A DNA stretch of 63,897 nt, the filler included, from Sandaracinaceae bacterium (lineage in GTDB: Bacteria > Myxococcota_A > Polyangia > Polyangiales > JADJQN01): the NCBI GenBank assembly GCA_947483975.1. It is 6 parts of 6 records of this genome, joined end to end, with 100 filler letters (N's around TTAATTAATTAA, not from the genome) between each part and the next. Parts side by side here need not be neighbours in the genome. Positions count along the whole stretch, not along the records: positions 22,675 to 33,826 come from CANKOL010000152.1; positions 33,927 to 45,008 come from CANKOL010000153.1; 4 more parts are not named here. The stretch is one strand, 5' to 3'. The translations under genes were made by a program, and so were the position numbers. Position 1 is the first letter of the stretch. Each line of letters begins with the position of its first letter. This document shows positions 31,679 through 40,283 of this stretch, one piece after another. The notes beneath the pieces are model-generated. The model saw only the letters and a program-made list of their open reading frames with translations, ran no database searches and was not told the origin of the DNA.

Positions 31679-32097
31679 CCGACCTCGAGGTCGTGCTCCG
31701 CCGGCTCACCGCCTTGCGCGAGCACGTCGGCCGGATGCGACGCCGACACGGCGACAGCCTCGCCGAATGGCGGCGCGACGTCGACCGTCAGGACGCGCTC
31801 GGCATGAGCCTCCTCGTCGCCGTACAGAACGCTCTCGACATCGCGCTCCACATCGCCGCGGACGAGGGCTGGGGAGTGCCGAGCTCCTACGCGGAGAGCT
31901 TCTCCGTGTTGGCGAATCACGCGGTGATCGAGGCCGGCCTCGCCGACCAGCTCGCGAACCTCGCCTCGCTACGAAACCGCCTCGCCCACGGCTATGCGAC
32001 GGTGGACGTCGATCGCATCTGGACCGAGCTGCCGGCAGGGCTCTCCGCGCTCGAGGCCTTTGCGGCTGCGATCGCGCTCCGCTTGGGCACTCCGTAG
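31675..32097 (+). CDS. HEPN / DUF86 ribonuclease toxin (HepT-like)
   Basis: ATGA overlap with the MNT gene; RNRLAHGY (RX4HXY); P.SYAESF..L. Confidence 0.9.
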   Translation: MTDLEVVLRRLTALREHVGRMRRRHGDSLAEWRRDVDRQDALGMSLLVAVQNALDIALHIAADEGWGVPSSYAESFSVLANHAVIEAGLADQLANLASLRNRLAHGYATVDVDRIWTELPAGLSALEAFAAAIALRLGTP

Positions 32098-32149
32098 ACA
32101 CCGGCAGCCGGGTCCATCCGAAGGCGCCCCGCGCCGACGCGCCCCGCGC

Positions 32150-33826
32150 CTACGGATTGAAGCCGAGCGTGCGGTCGAAGTTCTTGTACTCCTCGGTGAA
32201 CGACTCGTAGTTCGCGAGGAAGTTCGAGGCGAGCGCGACGAAGAGGAGCATCCCGACGACGATGGCGACGCGTGACATCAGGCGCGTCGTGCGGTTCGGG
32301 AAGAGCGTGCTCAGCGCGAAGGGCGTCAGCGCCGGGATGACGAACGCCGCGACGTAGCGGCGCAGCGGCAAGAGCGACGCGGGGGACGCGTACCAGCTCA
32401 TCGGGAACACGAAGTTGAAGCCGTACATCACGAGCATCAGCATCAGGAGCGCGCCGCGGAAGAGATCGGGCTCCTCCCAGAGATCCGCGAGGAACAGCCC
32501 CGCGCCGATGGCGAGCAGCGCGTGGAGCGGCATCGCGTACCAGCCGAAGGTCCAGCTCCCGGCGGACAGCGAGATCGAGACCATGTACGCGAGGAGCGGC
32601 ACCGCGAGGACAGGCTCGACGCGCTTGTTTCGCGTGATCGCGCCGCCGACGAAGGCGAGCCACAGGAACACGAGCCAGCCGCGCCCGACCTGGTTGAAGT
32701 CGATGATCGCGTAGTCGATCCAGCGCGGGAAGAGGTTCCAGTGCGTCGCGCGCCCGCTCGACTGCTTGATCAGCGTGTCGAGGAAGACGCGCCAGTCGAT
32801 CAGCGCGCCGTAGACGAAGAGCAGCGCCGACACCGCCGCGCCGACGCCGAGGGCGAGCCACGCGGCGCGCCAAGGGCGGTGCGGCTGCGCGAGGACGAGG
32901 ATGACGTACGCGGGGATGAACGCGGCGCCGGGCACCTTGGTCAGCGTGCCGAGCCCCGCGCAGAGGGCGCCGAGCACGAGGTCCGAGGTGCGCTCGCCGT
33001 CGTCTCGCCAGCGCAGGAAGAACCACAGCGAGCCGAGCAAGAGCGGCACGAGGAGCGACTCCTCTTTGACCTCGCGCCCCTGCAAGACGATGAACGGGAT
33101 GAAGGCGTAGAGGGTGCCCGCGAAGACGGCGGCGGGTCCCTTCGGCGCGAGCCTCCTCGTGATCGCGAGCACGAGCATGAGCGAGAGGAAGCCGAGCCCG
33201 AGGGGCACGAGGCGCGCGTGCCAGAGGCGCGAGTGCGCCCAGTGGTGCGCCCCGCCGAGGCGAGCCGCGGCGCCCGCGAGCAGGTGCATCAGCGGCGGGT
33301 GCTCGAGGTACGGCGTGATGACGTCCCACGTCGTGTGCGACTCGAAGTAGACGAGGTGCTCGACCTCGACGTCGTTGCCGTACCAGGGCGCCCAGCTCGA
33401 CCAGCCGCGCGAGGTGCCGTCCTCGAGCAGCGACCAGCCGTTCCACGTCGCGAACATCCAGTCGTCGTTCTCGAAGACGTCCGGCGCGAGCTGAAAGTCG
33501 TAGAAGCGCGCGACCCCGCCCGAGGCGAGCACGAGCACGACGGCGACGGCGTAGAGGCGCGGCCAGCGGAGGTCGTGCTCGGCGCGCGCGGCGCGAAAGA
33601 CGAGCCAGGCGAGGAGCCCGCCGAGGAGCGCGATGGCGGCGAGGACCCACTGCGTGAACGTGTCGCGCGCCGCGAGCGGCGGGGTGAGCGCGAGCGCGGG
33701 GACGTTCTCTTCGGGCGCGGTGCCGGCGCGCCAGCGGAGCGCGAAGGCGACCGCGTTCGGGTCGATCAGCCCGCCGCGCCAGGTGATGCGCAGGCGGTGC
33801 GTGCCCGGCGCGAAGGGGCGCGTGAC
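32150..33826 (-). CDS. ArnT/PMT-like GT-C glycosyltransferase, 5' truncated
   Basis: Frame open to the contig end; acidic ENDD loop, YLEHPPL, ARL, GLGTLTK; many TMs. Confidence 0.78.
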   Translation of the reverse strand, partial: VTRPFAPGTHRLRITWRGGLIDPNAVAFALRWRAGTAPEENVPALALTPPLAARDTFTQWVLAAIALLGGLLAWLVFRAARAEHDLRWPRLYAVAVVLVLASGGVARFYDFQLAPDVFENDDWMFATWNGWSLLEDGTSRGWSSWAPWYGNDVEVEHLVYFESHTTWDVITPYLEHPPLMHLLAGAAARLGGAHHWAHSRLWHARLVPLGLGFLSLMLVLAITRRLAPKGPAAVFAGTLYAFIPFIVLQGREVKEESLLVPLLLGSLWFFLRWRDDGERTSDLVLGALCAGLGTLTKVPGAAFIPAYVILVLAQPHRPWRAAWLALGVGAAVSALLFVYGALIDWRVFLDTLIKQSSGRATHWNLFPRWIDYAIIDFNQVGRGWLVFLWLAFVGGAITRNKRVEPVLAVPLLAYMVSISLSAGSWTFGWYAMPLHALLAIGAGLFLADLWEEPDLFRGALLMLMLVMYGFNFVFPMSWYASPASLLPLRRYVAAFVIPALTPFALSTLFPNRTTRLMSRVAIVVGMLLFVALASNFLANYESFTEEYKNFDRTLGFNP

Positions 33827-33926
33827 NNNNNNNNNNNNNNNNNNNNNNNNNNNNNNNNNNNNNNNNNNNNTTAATTAATTAANNNNNNNNNNNNNNNNNN
33901 NNNNNNNNNNNNNNNNNNNNNNNNNN
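33827..33926. other. Artificial contig spacer
   Basis: N run with TTAATTAATTAA. Confidence 0.99.
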
Positions 33927-34327
33927 CCCGCGGCGGTGCAGGCGTCCTCGAGGGGATAGCCCGGGAACCACGTCGCGGCGTCGGCGACGACGAGCCTGAC
34001 GGTCGAGTCCTCCTCTGAGACGAACAGGCGCAGCGAGCGCGCGCCGTCGAGGTCGCAGGGCACGAAGCGCGTGTGCGCGCGCAGTCCAAAGAGTCCATCG
34101 CGGAACGTGAAGGCCATCTCACCCTCGGGCGCAGGTCCGGGCGTCGCCTGGACGGCGCGCTGATTCTCCGCCTCGATGCGGTCGACGACCTCGCCGCGGT
34201 GGATCGCCACGGCGCGCGGCGCGCTGACGCCGAGCCGAACCCGCCCGCCCCCGACGTCGACCACGGTGATCTCGATGTCGTGACCGATCACGATTCGTTC
34301 CCCCGCGCGGCGTGTGAAGGTCAGCAT
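33927..34327 (-). CDS. csrA: CsrA fused in frame to a FliW-like domain; 3' end truncated by the contig end
   Basis: MLTFTRRAGERIVIG..VRLGVSAP..IHRGE..EAEN (CsrA, with R44 and N55), continuing without a stop into FTFRDGLFGL..RF..SEEDSTVRLVVAD..WFPGY (FliW-like). Confidence 0.85.
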
Positions 34328-35211
34328 CAGCCGCCCGAGTTGACGAGGCCCCTGAACGGGAGCTTCGAGGCGACGGAGACGGCTGCGTCGAGGGCGGTCT
34401 GCGCGTTCGCGAGGTTCGAGTACGCGCGATAGGGGTCGATCTCGACGAGCTGCGCGCGGCTGGTGGCTGCGGTGTCTTGCGCCACCTGAGCGCCCGCGCG
34501 CGCGCCCTCGAAGGCGAGCATCTGCGAGCCCAACTCCGCGCGGGCGTCGTTGATCTGCTGGAACGAGGCGTCGATGCCGGTGAGGCTCGCCCGCACGTTC
34601 GTGATGTTGTTGGCGTCGAGCGCCGTCGCGAGGTTGTCCAAGGTGGCGAGGATGTCGGTGCCGCTGCCCGCGCCGAACGTCGTGCCGCCGGGCACGTTGA
34701 TCGGGAGGTGCAGATGCGGCGCGACCTCGAGCCTGGGCACGGAGTTGTCGCCGGTGTAGGCGCCGGTCACCGGGTCGAACGGCGGGGCGCTGTCGAGGTA
34801 ACCGCCGAAGACGTACTGGCCCTTGACCTGGGTGTTCCCGAGGCTCGCGATGTCGGACCGGAGCCCACGCACCTCGTAGGCGACGGCGGCGCGGTCGGAG
34901 GCCGAGTACGTGCCGTTCGACATCTGGACCGCGAGCTCGCGGGCCCGCGTGAGCGCATCGCTGACGCCGCCGAGGGCGCCCTCGGCGCCTGTCGTCAGCG
35001 CCAGCCCGTGGTCGGCCGTGCGCTCACTCGCCTGCGCGGTCGCCTGGCGCGCGGTCTCACGACGGGCGAGCGCGAACGCGACCGGGTCGTCCGAGGGCTT
35101 CTCGACGCGCATGCCGCTCGACGCGACGGACGAGGCCGTCGAAGCGCGGTCTCGTGCACGCTCGATGGAGCGCAGGGCCTGATCTTGGAGCATTCCGTCA
35201 GATACACGCAT
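34327..35211 (-). CDS. flgL: Flagellar hook-associated protein 3
   Basis: MRVSD..SSGMRVEKPSDDP, RARELAVQMSNGT, GQYVFGG; directly after flgK. Confidence 0.9.
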   Translation of the reverse strand: MRVSDGMLQDQALRSIERARDRASTASSVASSGMRVEKPSDDPVAFALARRETARQATAQASERTADHGLALTTGAEGALGGVSDALTRARELAVQMSNGTYSASDRAAVAYEVRGLRSDIASLGNTQVKGQYVFGGYLDSAPPFDPVTGAYTGDNSVPRLEVAPHLHLPINVPGGTTFGAGSGTDILATLDNLATALDANNITNVRASLTGIDASFQQINDARAELGSQMLAFEGARAGAQVAQDTAATSRAQLVEIDPYRAYSNLANAQTALDAAVSVASKLPFRGLVNSGG

Positions 35212-35213
35212 GG

Positions 35214-36599
35214 CTAACCTCGCAGCGCGAGTAGGCTGGACAGCATTTCGTCGGCAACCTGGACGACCTTGAGCGACGCTTGGTAGGCGCGCTGATAGCG
35301 CGTCAGGTTCATCAGCTCCTCATCGGCTGAGACACCCGAGATCGAGGCGCGCAGGGACTCGACCTGAACCTTCGCGTCGTCGGTGTGAGTGCGGTCGCCG
35401 AACGCGCTCTGGATCGCGGTCCCGACCTCGGCGCCGGCGTTGCCGAACTCCTCGCTCGCCGTCCGCGTGCCCGCCGAGGCGATGCTCGTCGTCGAGAGCG
35501 CCATGAGCGCGAGCGCGTTGCGGTTGTCACCCGGCAGCGCGACGGCGGACTGCGCGGCGGCGAGCTTGCGAGGCTGACCGGCGATCGACGCGGACAACGA
35601 CATCGACTGGGCTGCGCCCGTGGGCGTCGCCGAGATCGTGAAGAGCGGGGTGCCTGTGCCAGCGTCGAGATCGACACCGGCGGCGTGCGCGGTGTTGTAA
35701 GCAGTCGCGACGTCGAAGGCGAGCTGGTCGAGGTGCGTCGCGGCGTTCGTGATCGCGCCATCGCGCGCGGCGACGAGACCGCCGATGGTGCCGCCGCTCC
35801 CATAGCGAGTGACGTCCGTGGCGACGCCCGCCTCGATCGCGGTCACGCGCGTGTCGCCGGTGCCGGGATCGGGGGACGCAGTCAGCAGATGCGCCTTGCC
35901 GTCGCCGGAGACGAGCGCCGTGCGGCCCGCGAGCAGGAGCGAGATCTGCCCGTCCGCCTGCGGCATCACGGTCACGGGGATCTGCGTCGAGACCTCGCGG
36001 ACGAGCTGGTCCCGCTGGTCACGCAGGTCAGCCGCCTCGCGACCGTCGACCTCCGAGGCGGAGATCTGTCGGCCGAGCGCGGCGATCTGCGTGAGGCGCT
36101 GGTTGATCGAGCGGACCTCGGCGGTCAGGCGCCCGTTGACGTCGGCGCGCGCCTGCGCGACCTGGGCGCCAGCGCTCGCAAAGGAGCGCGCGAGCGCGTC
36201 CGCGGCGCCGAGGGCGGCCGTGCGGGGCGCGACCTCGGCGGGGTGGGCCGCGACGTCGGCGAGGGCCGCCTGGAAGTTGTCGAGCTGAGTACCGACGCCG
36301 CCGTCGATGAAGATCTGGTCGAGCGAGGTCAGCGCGTCCGAGCGGGCGGACGCCTCGCCTGCGGAGCTACGCACACCGAGCAAGCGCTTCTCGACGAACG
36401 GGTCGATCGTGCGCTTGGCGTTGAGCGCCTGCACGCCATTGCCGCCCGCGGGCGCAGGGCCAAGTGGCACGAGGGTCGCCACGCGGCGCGTGTAGCCCTC
36501 GGTCGCCACGTTCGACGCCCCCTGGGACGCGACGTTCGCGCCGAAGGTCCCCGCGGCCATGCCGCTGGCACCCAGGTTCAGGAGGCTCATCACACTCAT
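35214..36599 (-). CDS. flgK: Flagellar hook-associated protein 1
   Basis: NVATEGYTRR, DLRDQRDQLV, GDNRNALAL, SGVSADEELMNLTRYQRAYQAS. Confidence 0.93.
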   Translation of the reverse strand: MSVMSLLNLGASGMAAGTFGANVASQGASNVATEGYTRRVATLVPLGPAPAGGNGVQALNAKRTIDPFVEKRLLGVRSSAGEASARSDALTSLDQIFIDGGVGTQLDNFQAALADVAAHPAEVAPRTAALGAADALARSFASAGAQVAQARADVNGRLTAEVRSINQRLTQIAALGRQISASEVDGREAADLRDQRDQLVREVSTQIPVTVMPQADGQISLLLAGRTALVSGDGKAHLLTASPDPGTGDTRVTAIEAGVATDVTRYGSGGTIGGLVAARDGAITNAATHLDQLAFDVATAYNTAHAAGVDLDAGTGTPLFTISATPTGAAQSMSLSASIAGQPRKLAAAQSAVALPGDNRNALALMALSTTSIASAGTRTASEEFGNAGAEVGTAIQSAFGDRTHTDDAKVQVESLRASISGVSADEELMNLTRYQRAYQASLKVVQVADEMLSSLLALRG

Positions 36600-36952
36600 A
36601 GCGCGCCCCGACGTCTCGGCGCGACCGAGGCAGAGCACTGTCCAGCCGCCCCGTAGGTGGGCTCTTCTTCGCCGACGAGCGAGCGGAGGCACGCGACGAG
36701 GTGCCGCAAAAGCAGGAGATTCTCTCGGGCGGTGTCCGCGAGCCGCCCGGCACCGGGCGGAAACTGACCATCGTGCGCGCCGAGCACCGCCGCGAGGGCG
36801 AGCTGCTTCTCGGCCTGGATCGCGAGGAGCTGATCGACGTTCGCCGCGAGCGCCGCTGCCCGCTCCGCATCGAGCAAGCCAGCGAGCCGAGCGACCGCGT
36901 CCGTGCGGTCCTCAGTCGGTGGCATCGCTGCAGGGTTGGCGGCGGCAAACAT
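36596..36952 (-). CDS. flgN: Probable FlgN chaperone
   Basis: Position between flgM and flgK; helical LDAERAAL..EKQ..N..LL with a TY tail. Confidence 0.65.
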   Translation of the reverse strand: MFAAANPAAMPPTEDRTDAVARLAGLLDAERAAALAANVDQLLAIQAEKQLALAAVLGAHDGQFPPGAGRLADTARENLLLLRHLVACLRSLVGEEEPTYGAAGQCSASVAPRRRGAL

Positions 36953-36954
36953 GG

Positions 36955-37209
36955 CTACTGCTCCTCTCGAAGCATCGCGTCGGCGATCTTCTCGTGGTCG
37001 ACCTTGAAGGTCCCCTTGCTGAGAGAATCGCGGAGGCGGGCCACCTTCTCGGCGTCGGCGACCTCAGGAGCGCGCGCGTCCGACAAGGCCTTCGCCTGGC
37101 CCGAGATGCGAACCTGCTCGGCCGCACCTGCGGGACGCGGTTCCGTGCCCTGCGAGACGCCGCGCGACTCGTAGGTGGGGTTCGTGCGGGATAGCGGAGT
37201 GACCTTCAT
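36955..37209 (-). CDS. flgM: Anti-sigma28 factor
   Basis: VRISGQAK..EKVARLRDSLSKGTFKVDHEKIADAML. Confidence 0.9.
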   Translation of the reverse strand: MKVTPLSRTNPTYESRGVSQGTEPRPAGAAEQVRISGQAKALSDARAPEVADAEKVARLRDSLSKGTFKVDHEKIADAMLREEQ

Positions 37210-37227
37210 GACTTCTCCTCATGGGAC

Positions 37228-37255
37228 TATTCGGACGCTGAAGGGGGGATCTTGA
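37228..37255 (-). promoter_or_regulatory. Candidate sigma28 (FliA) promoter for flgM-N-K-L-csrA
   Basis: Minus strand TCAAG-N15-TCCGAATA, preceded by a T tract and followed by a GAGGAG RBS. Confidence 0.55.
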
Positions 37256-37278
37256 GAAAAAAAAGCCGAGGGGACGTG

Positions 37279-38427
37279 TCAACGGCGATCCAGCGCACTG
37301 CGGGGAGCACGACCGCTGGTCGGAGTTTCAGGGCCTTCGCCCGCCGCGGGCCGGGCTAGCTCGAGCACTTCGATCTGGCCGAGACCGTTGCGCGCCCCGG
37401 GCGTCGGATGACCCGCGCGGGACCAGACGCGGCCCTCGAGGTGCTGGGCGCCGGTCGCGCGGGCCTCCCAGCCGTCGAAGACGATGCGCTGGACGTGGCC
37501 CTCCGCGTCGTAGTCGACCGTGTGGATGCGCTCGACGACGGCCATATGACCGGCGTGCCCGTCCGACCCGCTGCCCGCGAGCACGAAGGCCCGGTCGCCG
37601 CGGACGCCCGACGCGACCAGCGGCGCCTCGCCCTCGCCCGTGACGACGCGCGCCCAGTCCTCGCGCAAACGGCCATCCCCGGCGTCGCGGACGACGCCAT
37701 CGGGGTTCGGGTAGCCCCAGCCCTGTGCGCGGGCTTGGACCGGGACGGCGTACCCGGCGCGGCGGGCGGCCTCGAGCGCGAAGAGGTTGCACTTGTAGAA
37801 GCCCTCGAAGCCGTTCGCGTCGCGCACGTTGAACGCCGCGACGCCGCCGTCGGCGGTGGGCGTCGAGAAGGTGCTCGCGAGGTCCTGAGGGGTGAGCGCC
37901 CCGGCGCGGGACCAATGCTGCGCGGCGTCTCCTGCGCTCATCTGCGCGGCGGCGACCGAGAGCGCGCCCGACGCGCCCGTGTACGTGGCGGCCGACGCGG
38001 AGGGCTGGCGCATCGCGGCAAAGCGCGCGGCGAGCGGCTCCGTGACCAGCGGCGAGAGGCCGCCGCCTCGGCCAGGCGTGATCATCGGCGCGCCGCCGAG
38101 CTGCGCTGGGTCGGCGCCGAGCGCTGGACCGATGACGCGCGCGAGGCCGATGCCGCCTCCATCCGCGAGGCGCTCCGCGAGGGTCTCGTCGAACATCGAC
38201 AGGTACTGCTGCGACGCGCCGGAGGCTTCCTCGCCGCCGGCGTCGGTCGTCTTGCGGAGCACCTGGATCATCTGCTGCAGGAGCACCGCCTCGAAGCGGC
38301 GCGCTGCCTTCACGGCGCCATCGGGCCCGTTGACGCCCACGCGGGCGCGCTGCGCGGCGAGCTCGGCGGCGCGGGTCGGGCCGTCGATCGCCGCCTCTTG
38401 GGCGCCCCGCGGCAGTACGGCGACCAT
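37279..38427 (-). CDS. flgJ: FlgJ rod-binding domain fused to a putative NlpC/P60/CHAP-like Cys-His domain
   Basis: AARRFEAVLLQQM..YLSMFDETLA..GGIGLA; C-terminal KCNLFA..AG and GHMAVV. Confidence 0.8.
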   Translation of the reverse strand: MVAVLPRGAQEAAIDGPTRAAELAAQRARVGVNGPDGAVKAARRFEAVLLQQMIQVLRKTTDAGGEEASGASQQYLSMFDETLAERLADGGGIGLARVIGPALGADPAQLGGAPMITPGRGGGLSPLVTEPLAARFAAMRQPSASAATYTGASGALSVAAAQMSAGDAAQHWSRAGALTPQDLASTFSTPTADGGVAAFNVRDANGFEGFYKCNLFALEAARRAGYAVPVQARAQGWGYPNPDGVVRDAGDGRLREDWARVVTGEGEAPLVASGVRGDRAFVLAGSGSDGHAGHMAVVERIHTVDYDAEGHVQRIVFDGWEARATGAQHLEGRVWSRAGHPTPGARNGLGQIEVLELARPAAGEGPETPTSGRAPRSALDRR

Positions 38428-38443
38428 CAGCGAGCCCCCGCGT

Positions 38444-39568
38444 TCATTGGGCCTCGATGCGGGCGCGCAGGGCGCCCGCGCTGCGCAGCGCTTGGAGGAT
38501 CGAGACGAGGTCGCGCGGCCTTGCGCCGAGCGCGTTCAGCGCGGCGACGACCTCTTGCAGCGAGGCCGTGTTGTTCACGTGAGCGACGGCGCCCGCCTGC
38601 GACTCGGCGTTGACCTGCGTCTGGTTGACCGTCGTCGTCGTACCGCCGGAGAGCGCGCCCGGCTGCGAGACGGCTTGCTGCTCCACGATCTCGACGGTGA
38701 GGTTGCCGTGCGCGACCGCCGCCTCGGAGATCCGCACGCCGGCGCCGAGCACGACCGTGCCCGTGCGCTCGTCGACGACGACGCGCGCGGTGGAGTCCGC
38801 CTCGACCTCGAGCAGAGATAGCTGCGCGACGAGCGCGACCGGACGCGTGCGGAACGCCTCCGGCACCGTGACCTTGACGAGCGCGTGGTCCACCGCCTGC
38901 GCGGTGCCCGCGCCGAGCGCCGTGTCGATCGCCTGCACGATGCGCTCGGCTGTGACGAAGGACGGCTCGCGCAATTGCAGAAAGATCCCGTTGGCGCCGA
39001 GCACGGGCGCGTCGACGCGCCGCTCGACGATCGCGCCGTCCGGCACGCGGCCCGACGTCGGGTGGTTCTGCTGCACGCTCGAGCCGTTGCCGCCCGACGC
39101 CGAGAACCCGCCGACGAGCACCGCGCCCTGCGCGACGGCGTAGACGCGGCGGTCCGCGCCGTAGAGCGGCGTCTGCAGGAGCACGCCGCCGAGCAGGCTC
39201 TTGGCGTTGCCGATCGACGCGACCGTGATGTCGACGCGCACGCCGGGCGTGGCCGCCGACGGAATCGAGGCCGTCACCATCACGGCGGCGGCGTTCCGCA
39301 TCTGGATGTTCTGAATCGTCTGGAGATCGACCGTCGCGCCGAGGCGCCGCAGCATCGCCGCCGTGCTCTGCACCGTGAAGCGGTCCGCGCCGCGGTCACC
39401 CGTCTGGTTGAGCCCGACGACGAGCCCGTAGCCGACGAGCTGGTTCGGGCGCACCCCGCCGACGTCGCAGAGGTCTTCGATGCGCGTCGCGCGCGCGGTC
39501 GACGCGCTCGCGAGCAGCGGCAAGGCGAGGAGCAGAGTCAGGAGCAGGCGCTGAGGCTTGAAGTGCAT
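38444..39568 (-). CDS. flgI: Flagellar P-ring protein
   Basis: RPNQLVGYGLVVGL.GD, NAAAVMVTA, ARVVVDERTGTVV, LQALRSAGAL. Confidence 0.96.
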   Translation of the reverse strand: MHFKPQRLLLTLLLALPLLASASTARATRIEDLCDVGGVRPNQLVGYGLVVGLNQTGDRGADRFTVQSTAAMLRRLGATVDLQTIQNIQMRNAAAVMVTASIPSAATPGVRVDITVASIGNAKSLLGGVLLQTPLYGADRRVYAVAQGAVLVGGFSASGGNGSSVQQNHPTSGRVPDGAIVERRVDAPVLGANGIFLQLREPSFVTAERIVQAIDTALGAGTAQAVDHALVKVTVPEAFRTRPVALVAQLSLLEVEADSTARVVVDERTGTVVLGAGVRISEAAVAHGNLTVEIVEQQAVSQPGALSGGTTTTVNQTQVNAESQAGAVAHVNNTASLQEVVAALNALGARPRDLVSILQALRSAGALRARIEAQ

Positions 39569-39578
39569 GGGGTTCGCC

Positions 39579-40283
39579 TCAGAAGGGGTTGATCGCGTCG
39601 AGCAGCTTGACCAGCCAGCCGCGCTCTTGGTTGTCGCTGAGGGCGCCGCGCCCGGTCAGCTCGATCTCCGCGTCGGCGACCAGGCTCGAGCGCACGGAGT
39701 TGTCGGGCTCGATGTCCTCGGGCCGGATGACGCCGCTGATGTAGATGTGGAGCTCCTCGTCGTTGACGAGCACGACCTTCGTCCCCTCGATGAAGAGGTC
39801 GCCGTTCGGCAGCGCTTGCTTCACGCGCACGGCGATGGCGGCGCGCACGCGGCTCTCTCGGCTCGTCGCGCCCGTCCCGTCGAAGTGCCGCTGGCTCATC
39901 AGCGACACGAGCTCCGACGGGTCGATGTCGGGATAGGCGCGCTGGAGCGCTGTGCCGAGCCCGAGCACGTTGCCGCCGAAGGACATGGACGAGTCGCGGT
40001 CGAGCGTCGTCGCGGCGTCGCCGCTCGCGTTCGCCGTCTCGTCGATGTTGATCGTCACGATGTCGCCGATGCGGTTCGCGCGGAAGTCTGCGAAGAGCCC
40101 GCGCCCGGCGTCGGGCCAGAGGGAGCCGCGGCTCGTCGCGCGCGGCGCCGTCGCGTACTCGTCGACGTTGTACGTCCGCGAGCGCGGCACATGAGGGTCG
40201 ATGTGCCGACCTCCGCCGCAGGCTGCGAGCGTCGGCACGAGCAGCGAGAAGGTCAGGAGCGTAGCGAGGCTTCTCTGGGTCAT
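39579..40283 (-). CDS. flgH: Flagellar L-ring lipoprotein
   Basis: Lipobox LAAC; GSLW, LFAD.RA..GDIVTI, LPNGDL.IEG, GVIRPEDI, C-terminal PF. Confidence 0.95.
   Translation of the reverse strand: MTQRSLATLLTFSLLVPTLAACGGGRHIDPHVPRSRTYNVDEYATAPRATSRGSLWPDAGRGLFADFRANRIGDIVTINIDETANASGDAATTLDRDSSMSFGGNVLGLGTALQRAYPDIDPSELVSLMSQRHFDGTGATSRESRVRAAIAVRVKQALPNGDLFIEGTKVVLVNDEELHIYISGVIRPEDIEPDNSVRSSLVADAEIELTGRGALSDNQERGWLVKLLDAINPF

Noticed and set aside
34327..35211. Flagellin (fliC)
   Set aside because: Its position after flgK, the GQYVFGG motif and the lack of the flagellin C-terminal signature indicate FlgL.
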